From: Stramenopiles sp. TOSAG23-3
Lineage: Eukaryota
Assembly (NCBI GenBank): GCA_900128585.1
Contig: LT642183.1
Coordinates: 1-40,277 of the forward strand
Length of the DNA stretch: 40,277 nucleotides
Direction: 5' to 3'
The position numbers and the translations under genes were made by a program. Shown piece by piece: positions 8,917 to 17,949 of the stretch (within the stretch, counting starts at the first letter, position 1; the number at the start of each line of letters is the position of its first letter). The notes beneath the pieces are model-generated. The model was not told where the DNA came from and made no database searches. It was given only the letters and a program-made list of their open reading frames with translations.

Positions 8917-11205
8917 TTAACTGTGCTTTTTCTTCCCCTTCCTCTGTTTTTTCGACGAGAATGCCGATTTATTGACTGGAACTTTCCCACTATCAGCTGC
9001 TTTCGAAAATGCTTTTTCTGCATTTTTCACCCACTTCTTGAAACGTTCTTTTTGGGGGTCCGTGAAGCCTAAGTCTCCAGCGCCTTGGACCTCCTTCAAA
9101 AATAGTAAAGACTTTTCTATTATTTCTTTGTTGCTTCGTTTGAAATAGCCTGGTTTACTGTTTACAAGGGGCCCTGACTGGAGCGCATGTTGTACGAGCA
9201 TCCAGAGCACTAGCGAATACTTGATACGCTCTTCGTCGGACTCCATCGCTCCAATAAGCTCCCTCCACCACATTGTACAGCGCGTAATGCCAGAAAGGCA
9301 CTCTTCCCATTGTTGAATCGTCGGCACCGTGGGAAGTTGCGACTCAATGTTCTTCATCTTTCGGTACAAATTTTTCTTCTTTTTCACAAACGTTTTCTCC
9401 TCCTTCTTCGCGTTGGACGCACTGAGGTATTCTGCTCCTTTTTTCTCTTGATTCCGTACAAAATTTTCGGTCTCTTCTTCCGTTAAGACTCTCCACGAGC
9501 ATGTTTCCAAGTCATCGATGCGGTATTCGATGCTCCGGTACGCGGCATTCCCGCCCACCCATTTGGGGCGTTTTCCAGAGACGTCTTCGTATATCTCTTG
9601 GTTTACTCGCATTTGTCTTTTAATGTGCGAGGCTAACGGTACTTCTCGGAAGGATGGGGTGGAGGCAGCTACGAAGGAATCAAGCCCGCTGGCACCGTCC
9701 TCGGAACTTTCCGACGGGTGCTCCGTCGCTGCACACTGCCGGTACGCCTCATCGTCCACTAAATTCAACAATTCTAACCCGTACTCCCACTGGTGTGACC
9801 CCAGGAGGTGAAAGTGGTTTATCCCATCCTGGCTTACCGGCACCTCTTCTTTCGCTTCCATGGGCACGGGGTATTCGCACAACCCTCCGTACACTGCCGC
9901 AATCCAACGAGCTTGCAACTCGCAGAGGGGAAACGGGACAACGCTGTAAGGCAAGCCTACAAACGAAAGGGAGGGGCATGATTTCAGGAAGCAGTCCATG
10001 TGCAAGTGTTGAACGCAACGCCCCGAAGAGTGGATAAGATCGTTTTTTTCTACAAAGTCCTGATCAATGAAAGGGAAATCATATTTGTACCCTGTGCAAA
10101 ATATAACAGCGTCTACATCCTGAAGGACGTTCCCGTCGACGAGTTCCACGCCCCCGGAGTGCAGCAACGACTTTATCGCGGGACGCCAGGCCACGAGGGG
10201 GTCCCTGTCTGGCCTCTCTGATACATTATCCGGTACGTTCTTGTCGCACACTGTGACGGACTTTGCAACAAGCTTGAGCTGCAGCGCAATGTCTGTTCCA
10301 GAGGCCTTTGCGCCAAGCAAAACGACGTTTTTGCCTCGAAAATCGTCCCCTTTGTCAAACTCTATGCTGTGCATCACTACGCCCGGGAAGACGTCCAACC
10401 CTTGCAAATTCGGAAATACCGGGGCGTTGTAGTGGCCGTTCGCAACTATGACAGCGTCAAACCTGTGGGTCGTGTTGTAAACAGCACAGCTTTCGTCCGA
10501 AACTTCGACCATCCAAGGGACGTTCTGGAACTCCTGCTCCTCGCCTTCGCTCGTCTTCCCGTCATTGTTCGGCCACATGCGGACGACACGCTTTGAACAC
10601 TTTATGTGGTCCATCAATCCATGGTAGTATGCGTACTGGTGAAGGTACGATCCCATGTCCTTATTGGTAACGAAAGACGGAAGGTGGGGTTTGAATGGAA
10701 GGTCAAAGAATGCCATGATTTCTTTCGGCAAATTTGTTATAAGCCCGTCGTACATTGCGCTGCTGCCCGGGCGGCCGGGCCTGCCACCGTCGCTGTCCGA
10801 ATCGGCGGCCTGCGCCCCATTCTTCTTTCCTTTCGGGGTGGTGGCATGCCCAACTATTTTATCTGCCGTTTTTGGGGCAATGTCCCTCCAAACCCCCCCG
10901 ATTACTTCTTCCTTCTCAAACAGCGTGGCGTTGAGCCCCGCTGCAAGGCAATATCGTAAAGACGCTAACCCGCTCGCTCCCCCCCCAATAATTGCCACCC
11001 TAACTTTTGGGTCGATGAAATCCATTTCCTCCCCTGGTATTCCCGCTTTATGGTGCCTTGATATTTCAAGGCCCGCCCTCCACTGTCTCATCTCTCTTCT
11101 CCGGGCCCTCTCAATTTTCAAAGCAGCTTTTTGTTGTTTCCCCGAGTGCCGTACCCGGCGTGCAGGGATTCTGTTGCGAAACGAATAGTAAGTGGTAGCT
11201 TTCAT
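8917..11205 (-). CDS. Flavin-containing monooxygenase (FMO) with N- and C-terminal extensions
   Basis: FAD-binding VAIIGGGASGL, FEK...IGGVW, SAMYDGLITNLPKEIMAF, DAVIVANGHY, FMO fingerprint FPGVVMHSIEF, NADPH site GAKASGTDI, VIFCTGY. Confidence 0.92.
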   Translation of the reverse strand: MKATTYYSFRNRIPARRVRHSGKQQKAALKIERARRREMRQWRAGLEISRHHKAGIPGEEMDFIDPKVRVAIIGGGASGLASLRYCLAAGLNATLFEKEEVIGGVWRDIAPKTADKIVGHATTPKGKKNGAQAADSDSDGGRPGRPGSSAMYDGLITNLPKEIMAFFDLPFKPHLPSFVTNKDMGSYLHQYAYYHGLMDHIKCSKRVVRMWPNNDGKTSEGEEQEFQNVPWMVEVSDESCAVYNTTHRFDAVIVANGHYNAPVFPNLQGLDVFPGVVMHSIEFDKGDDFRGKNVVLLGAKASGTDIALQLKLVAKSVTVCDKNVPDNVSERPDRDPLVAWRPAIKSLLHSGGVELVDGNVLQDVDAVIFCTGYKYDFPFIDQDFVEKNDLIHSSGRCVQHLHMDCFLKSCPSLSFVGLPYSVVPFPLCELQARWIAAVYGGLCEYPVPMEAKEEVPVSQDGINHFHLLGSHQWEYGLELLNLVDDEAYRQCAATEHPSESSEDGASGLDSFVAASTPSFREVPLASHIKRQMRVNQEIYEDVSGKRPKWVGGNAAYRSIEYRIDDLETCSWRVLTEEETENFVRNQEKKGAEYLSASNAKKEEKTFVKKKKNLYRKMKNIESQLPTVPTIQQWEECLSGITRCTMWWRELIGAMESDEERIKYSLVLWMLVQHALQSGPLVNSKPGYFKRSNKEIIEKSLLFLKEVQGAGDLGFTDPQKERFKKWVKNAEKAFSKAADSGKVPVNKSAFSSKKQRKGKKKHS

Positions 11206-11395
11206 TGTGGAAGAAGAAGCATTCCCGCTGTTGGCCTACTACTTCAAACTTTGAATCGCGATTTCGTTCCTGTACTTTCGATCCTCTAATTTCTTTCGTA
11301 GAATTTTACTGATCAATCGTGCTCATCCGTTTTTGTTTTGTTTCATGTAGAACTTAATTATATAAAAGATCCCTCGTCAATTTGAATTTTATTTT

Positions 11396-11480
11396 NNNNN
11401 NNNNNNNNNNNNNNNNNNNNNNNNNNNNNNNNNNNNNNNNNNNNNNNNNNNNNNNNNNNNNNNNNNNNNNNNNNNNNNNN
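11396..11480. other. Assembly gap (85 N)
   Basis: Run of n characters. Confidence 0.99.
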
Positions 11481-12223
11481 TAACACAGTATAATATAATA
11501 ATACTGTAAAATAAAAATAATAAAAAAATAATTTCAATTAGCTTAGAATAGAATAGAATCGAAGAAGTACGAACCAAAAAAACAAATGTTGAACGACAGA
11601 GTTGATTTGTTTTTATTGACGACTTCGTTGTCTTTAGTTGCTGTGTTGTTGTATTTATTTAAATTATACGAGAGAGTCGTCTTATACGTATTACTATATG
11701 AATTTAAATAAGAAAATAATTTTTTAAGTACATTTGTTTCTCTTTGATCACATTTTCTAATGGTTTTCCTTCAAGGTACAACTTGCATCTGCCGTTTACT
11801 TAATTGCTGTATTGTTACATAGGTATTATTGTATACATTGTTTTGTGCTTAAAACTTACTTGTTGTGATGAAAGATAATTATTCCATTATTTATTTATAT
11901 AACCATTAAGTATTACTTTTCCAAGTGCAAATGTCGCATTTTAAAAAATCTTGGGCACCTGTCCTTTGATATGTCTATATAAGAAATATTCCTATCAAAA
12001 TATATTAGAATACAAAACGAAAAATATTGTTGATTCAAATTTTTCACTATTGTTTATTAACATAAAAATAGCATCAAGCAATTCAAAATAAAATAATAAA
12101 ACCATGCGATGCGCTGCCGTGTCTGTCGTCCCAACTTTAACAGGAACACAGCTTCACGTTTGCTTCCGCCTTCTGATGATTGTTCTTCTTCTTCTATACA
12201 ATCAATATAAATTTGGCGGAAAA

Positions 12224-12274
12224 GGAATTGGAAGAATGGAATTGGAAGAATGGAAATGGAAATGGAATTGGAAT
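12224..12274 (+). repeat. GGAAT/GGAAAT-like short tandem repeat upstream of IFT52
   Basis: ggaattggaagaatggaattggaagaatggaaatggaaatggaattggaatg. Confidence 0.7.
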
Positions 12275-12406
12275 GTATAATCGATTGGTAACGTTTCTGT
12301 CGTTTTGATAAATATACATACATATATATATTAGATACATTAAAAACGTACGTATATACAGGGTTATATATTCACGTGTACATACCCTTACTCGGTGAAC
12401 GTACAA

Positions 12407-13780
12407 ATGGAGGCCACTAAAGTCGACGGGGAAGCGCCCGTAGAAGCACCAGCACAGGAGAAAGTCATTCTATTCGACGCGAGCAAGCGAGAAACGCATC
12501 ATGCAGGGAGTGGGTTCAAGAAGTTGTACCGTCGGTTGCGTGCAAACCACAAGGTAGCGACGAACAAGGATGAAATAGGTAGTATCGATTTTGAGAACGT
12601 TGGGGTAATGGTGTTTGGTTGCCCGCGGGAGAAATTTTCAAAGTCTGAGTTTGACAGGTTGCAAGAGTTTATGGCGAAGGGGGGAAGCATTCTATTTTTC
12701 TCTGGGGAAGGAGGGGAAAACTCGACGGGGACAAACTTTAGTTATTTGACGGAAGAGCTCGGGATCTCCCTGAACAGCGATTGCGTCGTCCGGACGGTGT
12801 ACCACAAATACACGCACCCCAAGGAGGCGCTGATCTCGAGCGGTGTCCTCAGCCGTAAGCTGGTCCGTGCCAAAGATCTCCTCTCGAAGAAAGGGAGTGC
12901 GGCCAGCGAGGACGCCCCGAGTCCGTCCCGCGCCTACGAAGCGAAGAGTGACAGGAAAGAGACCGGTGGAATAACGTTCGTTTACCCCCACGGGTGCACG
13001 CTGAACGTTGCCAAGCCTGCCGTGCCGCTTCTGTCCTCCGGGCACGTCGCGTACCCGTTGAATCGACCCGTACTGGCCGTGTCGAAGAAAGAAGGGAAGG
13101 AGGCCGGGAAAATTGCGGTCCTCGGGAGTGCGGAGTTGTTTTCCGACGATTGGCTGCTAAAAGAGGACAACAACAAGCTCCAGGACATCCTGTTCAAGTG
13201 GCTGTGTGGAGAGACCCAGTTTGGAAATTTGCTAGACCGGGTCCAGGAAGACGCTGACTTCAACGAAAAGTACGACCAGATTCCAGACGTCGAAGCACTG
13301 TCTGAAAGGTTGCGTAGTTGCCTCCAGGAAAGCGAGGAAGTCGATAAACAAATCAAAAAGCTGTTCGTGGACGACATGTTCTCTCTGACGACAAACGTGA
13401 TCCCTCAAGCCGTAAGCTTGTATGAAGATTTGCGGGTCAAGCACGAGCCGCTGTCGCTCATCCCGCCACAGTTTGAGTGCCCGCAGCCACCCTTGCAGCC
13501 CGCGGTCTTTCCTCCGTCCTTGCGGGAACCACCCCCGCCCGCCTTGGACCAGTTCGACCTTGACGAGCACTTTGCAAGTGAAAAGATACGCCTGGCACAG
13601 CTCACGAACAAGTGCAGCGACGACGACTTGGACTACTACGTGCGAGAGGCCGGAGACATACTGGGCGCTACGCAGAACCTTCCGTTGGACCTTATCAAAG
13701 ACCCGCAACTTGGTGCCAAGCACATTCTGAACTATATTTTCAACCAAATCGTCAACTTCAAAAAGTTGGACCAGCAATGA
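12407..13780 (+). CDS. IFT52: Intraflagellar transport protein 52
   Basis: ATG at 12407. ILFDASKRE, GFKKLYRRLR, PREKFSKSEF, VVRTVYHKYTHPKEALIS, FVYPHGCTL, VKHEPLSLIPPQFECPQPPLQPAVFPP, LDQFDLDEHFASEKIRLAQLTNKC, terminal FKKL are all IFT52 hallmarks. Confidence 0.97.
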   Translation: MEATKVDGEAPVEAPAQEKVILFDASKRETHHAGSGFKKLYRRLRANHKVATNKDEIGSIDFENVGVMVFGCPREKFSKSEFDRLQEFMAKGGSILFFSGEGGENSTGTNFSYLTEELGISLNSDCVVRTVYHKYTHPKEALISSGVLSRKLVRAKDLLSKKGSAASEDAPSPSRAYEAKSDRKETGGITFVYPHGCTLNVAKPAVPLLSSGHVAYPLNRPVLAVSKKEGKEAGKIAVLGSAELFSDDWLLKEDNNKLQDILFKWLCGETQFGNLLDRVQEDADFNEKYDQIPDVEALSERLRSCLQESEEVDKQIKKLFVDDMFSLTTNVIPQAVSLYEDLRVKHEPLSLIPPQFECPQPPLQPAVFPPSLREPPPPALDQFDLDEHFASEKIRLAQLTNKCSDDDLDYYVREAGDILGATQNLPLDLIKDPQLGAKHILNYIFNQIVNFKKLDQQ

Positions 13781-14212
13781 ATGCAAGGCCCCTTCGTTCA
13801 AGGGACGCTCACGTCTTTAGATAATATCTAAATAAACAGCCATTACTTTGTTCAACATAACTCCACTTAATAAATAAAAACTTTTTATAAAACCTAAAAA
13901 AGCTTAAATCAGGGGGATAAGATAATTTATTTTTTTTTAGAATTCTAAAAATTACTCTAAGAGTATTAAGTGTCGCATTAATTTTAATACTTAATATATA
14001 ACAGCCAATTTTCTTGTTTAAAAAGAGTATAAGTGTAAACGTTTCCATTTGATTGTAAATAACTCTACGAATATTCTTACACCAAGAATTATTATGAGAG
14101 TCCATTGTTAATTTAACTACACACGATGCAAACATACTTCGCTTTTGTTTCCTCTTTGAAAAAATAAATATGGTAGTCGTTATCCGTAATTATTCCATTT
14201 GAACCAGCTACC

Positions 14213-14902
14213 TCACGAAGTATGTGGGTCGCTACCAGACGGTCTTCTGTTTCCATAGTTCTCAACAACTCGGCGGCCAAAGAATATACCGTTCCACGCC
14301 GATAGAGCTGCAACGAACAGTCCAGCTAATATTTCTACATATGTTAAATTTGCGCGTTTGACGTAGACGACTCGAAAAATTAGATACCCGCCAATACTGG
14401 TGAACGGAGTACGGATCCACGTGTTAATTGCAGCATTGAGACGCTTTTCTGCCAGGGCCTTCAAATATTTATTTTTTCGCATTGCCAACAATACGTAGCT
14501 CACGCCGCCTGGGAAACCGGACAGAAAAAATACACAATAATCCAAGATGGCACCTACTGGAAAATAAAAGACAATTGGTCCCACAAGCCCGATCATTAGA
14601 ATGTGGTGGACCCATTCTAACGTGGGCAATGGTCGGAACGCCATAACGTGGTAGGCATGAATGCCAATGCAAACGCAGTAACCATTTAAATTTGGGGCAA
14701 GGTGAAAGGCATGTACAGGATCGAACAACGTCTCCAACATACCCTGTGCTGTGAGGGCAGTGGCAACACCGTTACCGATGGCGTGTAATATTTCGTACCG
14801 GCCCTGTAATCCTCGTGACTTCAATAAAATATCAGCACAAAATAAAATTATTACAGTGACACCAATTACCAAACCCCTTGAGCCATACAGTTGGTCTTCC
14901 AT
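14213..14902 (-). CDS. TLC (TRAM/LAG1/CLN8)-like multi-pass membrane protein
   Basis: Likely ATG at 14902 (MEDQLYG). Several hydrophobic helices, LHAIGN, WVHHILM double-His motif, FFLSGFPGG...EKRLNAAINTWIRTP. Confidence 0.7.
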   Translation of the reverse strand: MEDQLYGSRGLVIGVTVIILFCADILLKSRGLQGRYEILHAIGNGVATALTAQGMLETLFDPVHAFHLAPNLNGYCVCIGIHAYHVMAFRPLPTLEWVHHILMIGLVGPIVFYFPVGAILDYCVFFLSGFPGGVSYVLLAMRKNKYLKALAEKRLNAAINTWIRTPFTSIGGYLIFRVVYVKRANLTYVEILAGLFVAALSAWNGIFFGRRVVENYGNRRPSGSDPHTS

Positions 14903-15178
14903 TTTAAACGTACTGTTTTTTGTGTTTCTGGTATACGGGACAAAGCCGTGGCCGAACAATCGCGTGGATCGAATGCAGTCGTCAAACCTATTTACAAAAT
15001 GAGTGGACAAACAAAACGATCCTGTGTATGTTAAGAATCAGTAAGAACTATTTTAACGTATATATATATCACTACGTAAACGTAAGAAGTATCCACTGCT
15101 GTGAAAAAAAAATTATACTAACCGTAGACCAAATTAACCGTCGGAATTCGGTACATAAAATACAATAAATAATAATTT

Positions 15179-15380
15179 GAGAGAAGAAGAAGAAGAAGGA
15201 GGAGGAGAGGAGGAGGTGAGGAGGAGGTGCGAAAAAAAAAAAAGAACAAGAGAAGAAGAAGAAGAGAAGAAGAAGAAGAGAAGAAGAAGAAGAAGAAGAA
15301 GAAGAAGAAGAAGAAGAAGAAGAAGAAAAAGAAGAAGAAGAGAAGAAGAAGAAGAAGAAGAAGAAAAAGAAGAAGAGAAA
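15179..15380 (+). repeat. ~200-bp polypurine (GAA)n/(GAG)n microsatellite in a divergent promoter spacer
   Basis: Near-continuous gaagaagaa/gaggag runs. Confidence 0.95.
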
Positions 15381-15650
15381 ATAATAATAGTAGTAAGTCG
15401 ACGACGACGAAGCGAATAATATTTTTTTATATTTTTTATTATTATTGTAGGACTAATCATCTTCTGTTTTTATTATTACTTTACATATTTGAATATACAG
15501 GAGCAATTGATTATTAAAATGGTTGAACACAAGAAAAGTCATATAAAAAACCTACAAAGATTCAATATAAGGGCCCTAATTTGTTATTCTGCTGTTCAAC
15601 ACCACGTTTTCAAGTCGCGCAGCCCTTTTGCCAAGGCTGCTCTCCAAACC

Positions 15651-17483
15651 ATGAGCAGGCGTGCGTCTTCCGAAACTGTCGGAATAAACAAAACTATTGC
15701 TCAGTTCGCGCGGCAAAAGAAGTTCATAGAGGCAAAAGTAGCGTTTGAAGACGCACGCAGGCGGGGCCTGGCCAACTCGCACACGTACGCCGCTACTATT
15801 AATGCGTTTGTTCGCTGTGGATACGTCAACCAAGCAGAAGAGTTGTTGAGCAGGATGGAGAGTGCGGAAGTGGTATCTTACACCACGGTTATGAAGGGCC
15901 TTTGTGGGGTCGGGCAGCTGGAAAAAGCGATTGGTTTGGCTGACAAATTAGTTGATGCAAACATAACCCCCAATATACGAACAGCCAATACATTATTAAG
16001 AGGGTGTGTAAGGGTTGGTGCGGTTGAACGATGCAGAGATTTGCTAAAGAAAATGCAAAAACAGTGGAAAGTAGTTCCAGATGCGTCTTCTTGGGAGTAC
16101 GTCGTGTCTTTGCTTTGCCGTGGTTTGGCGGTGGAACAGGCAAAAACAATAGTTGGACGTTTGAAGCAGCGGACAGAAAGTCCAGACATATACAACAACC
16201 CTGCACTGTATCTAAATTTGTGCCGGTGCTCAACCATATTAGGCCAATGGAAGCCGGCGAGGAAAGCCGCGGCAAAAGCCGTGGCACTCCTCGACGACGA
16301 GGAGAAGGCCCAGCGCGAAGAAGAGTCCAACAGTAGCAGTGGCAGTCAACAATTAAATAAGGTTGTAGGGGGGAAACAGGGCTGGAGGTCCCAGGCTGTC
16401 AGCGAGACACGGTCGCGTTCCTTGTCTGTATTTAAGCGCCACCGAAGGTCGGAAATGCGCGCAGAAATCGACTTGTTGAAGGCCTTTATTGAAGAGCACA
16501 AGTCGCTGTCCACTGGAGACCACGCCGTTACAATCGCAAATCATATGAAAAGGTTGCACCTGTTTCCTCTCGATGAGCGTTTGGACGAAAGTAACTGCGT
16601 CAAGGTTTTGGTTGAGGGACTGTGCAAATCGTTTGGACTGAAGCAACTGATGCAGCATTGTAAAAATATTAAACTGGAAGGTTTTCAGGATCACTACTCG
16701 ACCGTCTATGATGGTAGCAAGAACATTGATGTTTCCAAAGCATTTTGCCGTACAGATGAGAGCAGCAATAGAGTCAAGAAGATGGAAATATGCTCCGGGG
16801 CGGGAGAGTGGGTGGTATCTCAGGCTAGCGCAGATCCCAATTCAGATTGGTTCTCGTTAGAAATTCTTTACGACAGGGTTTACCAAATATTTTGCCGCTC
16901 AATCTTTGAGAATTGTAGCAACCTTTCAATAGTCGCAGGGGATGCCTCCCACATCCTACCGCATCATTTTTTGGGGGACAGCATTGACTACATATTCGTT
17001 AATTACCCAGAACCACCACAACAAATTGGTGGAGAAAGTTCACAATCGTCTCACTTGCTGAATGCTGAATTCTTCAAGTCCATGTCACGAGTCGTTACAA
17101 AAACTGGTTGCATTACCATAATAACTGACAACGAGTGGTATGGAAATTTGCTCATAAAGATTGCCAGTGGTGTCACCACAGTCCGAGGCGTTCAATTTGC
17201 ACAAAACGCAAAGCGTCGTGTAATTTCAAGAGCTGGCGATGTCTGCCTGTACGAAGGTTCCCCGGGGGAGGAAACCGGACTGTCCGATGCTTCCGCATCG
17301 TCGTATTTTGATCGATTGTGGCAACGGGAGCAACAACGGAGAAGATTCTTCGTCACTGTTAGGCACTGTGAAGGTCGTCTTCATCATGACTCTCCTGGTG
17401 GGAATAATTTTTCAAACAGTTCCATTGGTAAAAAGAGAAAGAACACGAGCGGGAAAAAGAAGAAAAAGAAAAAGAAATTTTGA
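15651..17483 (+). CDS. Pentatricopeptide-repeat protein fused to a TrmB-like tRNA (guanine-N7) methyltransferase domain (PPR-TGM type)
   Basis: Probable ATG at 15651 (aaaccATG; an in-frame ATG at 15519 is possible). PPR repeats NSHTYAATINAFVRCG, VVSYTTVMKGLCGVG, PNIRTANTLLRGCVRVG, PDASSWEYVVSLLCRG. TrmB-like MEICSGAGEW...PNSDWFSLEI, GDA, IDYIFVNYPEP, IITDNEWY. Confidence 0.85.
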   Translation: MSRRASSETVGINKTIAQFARQKKFIEAKVAFEDARRRGLANSHTYAATINAFVRCGYVNQAEELLSRMESAEVVSYTTVMKGLCGVGQLEKAIGLADKLVDANITPNIRTANTLLRGCVRVGAVERCRDLLKKMQKQWKVVPDASSWEYVVSLLCRGLAVEQAKTIVGRLKQRTESPDIYNNPALYLNLCRCSTILGQWKPARKAAAKAVALLDDEEKAQREEESNSSSGSQQLNKVVGGKQGWRSQAVSETRSRSLSVFKRHRRSEMRAEIDLLKAFIEEHKSLSTGDHAVTIANHMKRLHLFPLDERLDESNCVKVLVEGLCKSFGLKQLMQHCKNIKLEGFQDHYSTVYDGSKNIDVSKAFCRTDESSNRVKKMEICSGAGEWVVSQASADPNSDWFSLEILYDRVYQIFCRSIFENCSNLSIVAGDASHILPHHFLGDSIDYIFVNYPEPPQQIGGESSQSSHLLNAEFFKSMSRVVTKTGCITIITDNEWYGNLLIKIASGVTTVRGVQFAQNAKRRVISRAGDVCLYEGSPGEETGLSDASASSYFDRLWQREQQRRRFFVTVRHCEGRLHHDSPGGNNFSNSSIGKKRKNTSGKKKKKKKKF

Positions 17484-17949
17484 GGAAAATTCAAGAATGA
17501 AAATGTATTCAATACTACTTGTAAATTGTAGACATTTGTAATTTATTCCTATATTACATTTATTTATATTCTATTGACACAGCAACGATTTGTTGTTGTA
17601 CTATTATAGTGCTGTGTAGTATTTACATTTAGAGGTGTTTGTACAAAAAAACAGTTGAAAAGAAGGGGGGGGGGGGACGGGAACGGACTGCTCAAAGAAA
17701 TGGCAATAGCACCATTATGTATTTATAGATTGATGACATTTTGTTGTGATTAAAAAATAATGTATAATTTTGTAGTAGTACTCGTTGACAGAAGCAGAGT
17801 AGAAATCGTCGAGAAGATTAAATAGACAGAGGGAAATCATCAGAGTGGAGAAACAAATTGAAAGCCCACCGCAAGATGATCAACGAAACCTCAGCAGTCA
17901 ATTTTGTCGAACTGCTTTTTCTTGCAAAGGTTTAGGAAACTAGAACACA

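Noticed and set aside
15134..15517. Poly-K/R/E/L ORFs
   Set aside because: Translations of the GAA microsatellite.
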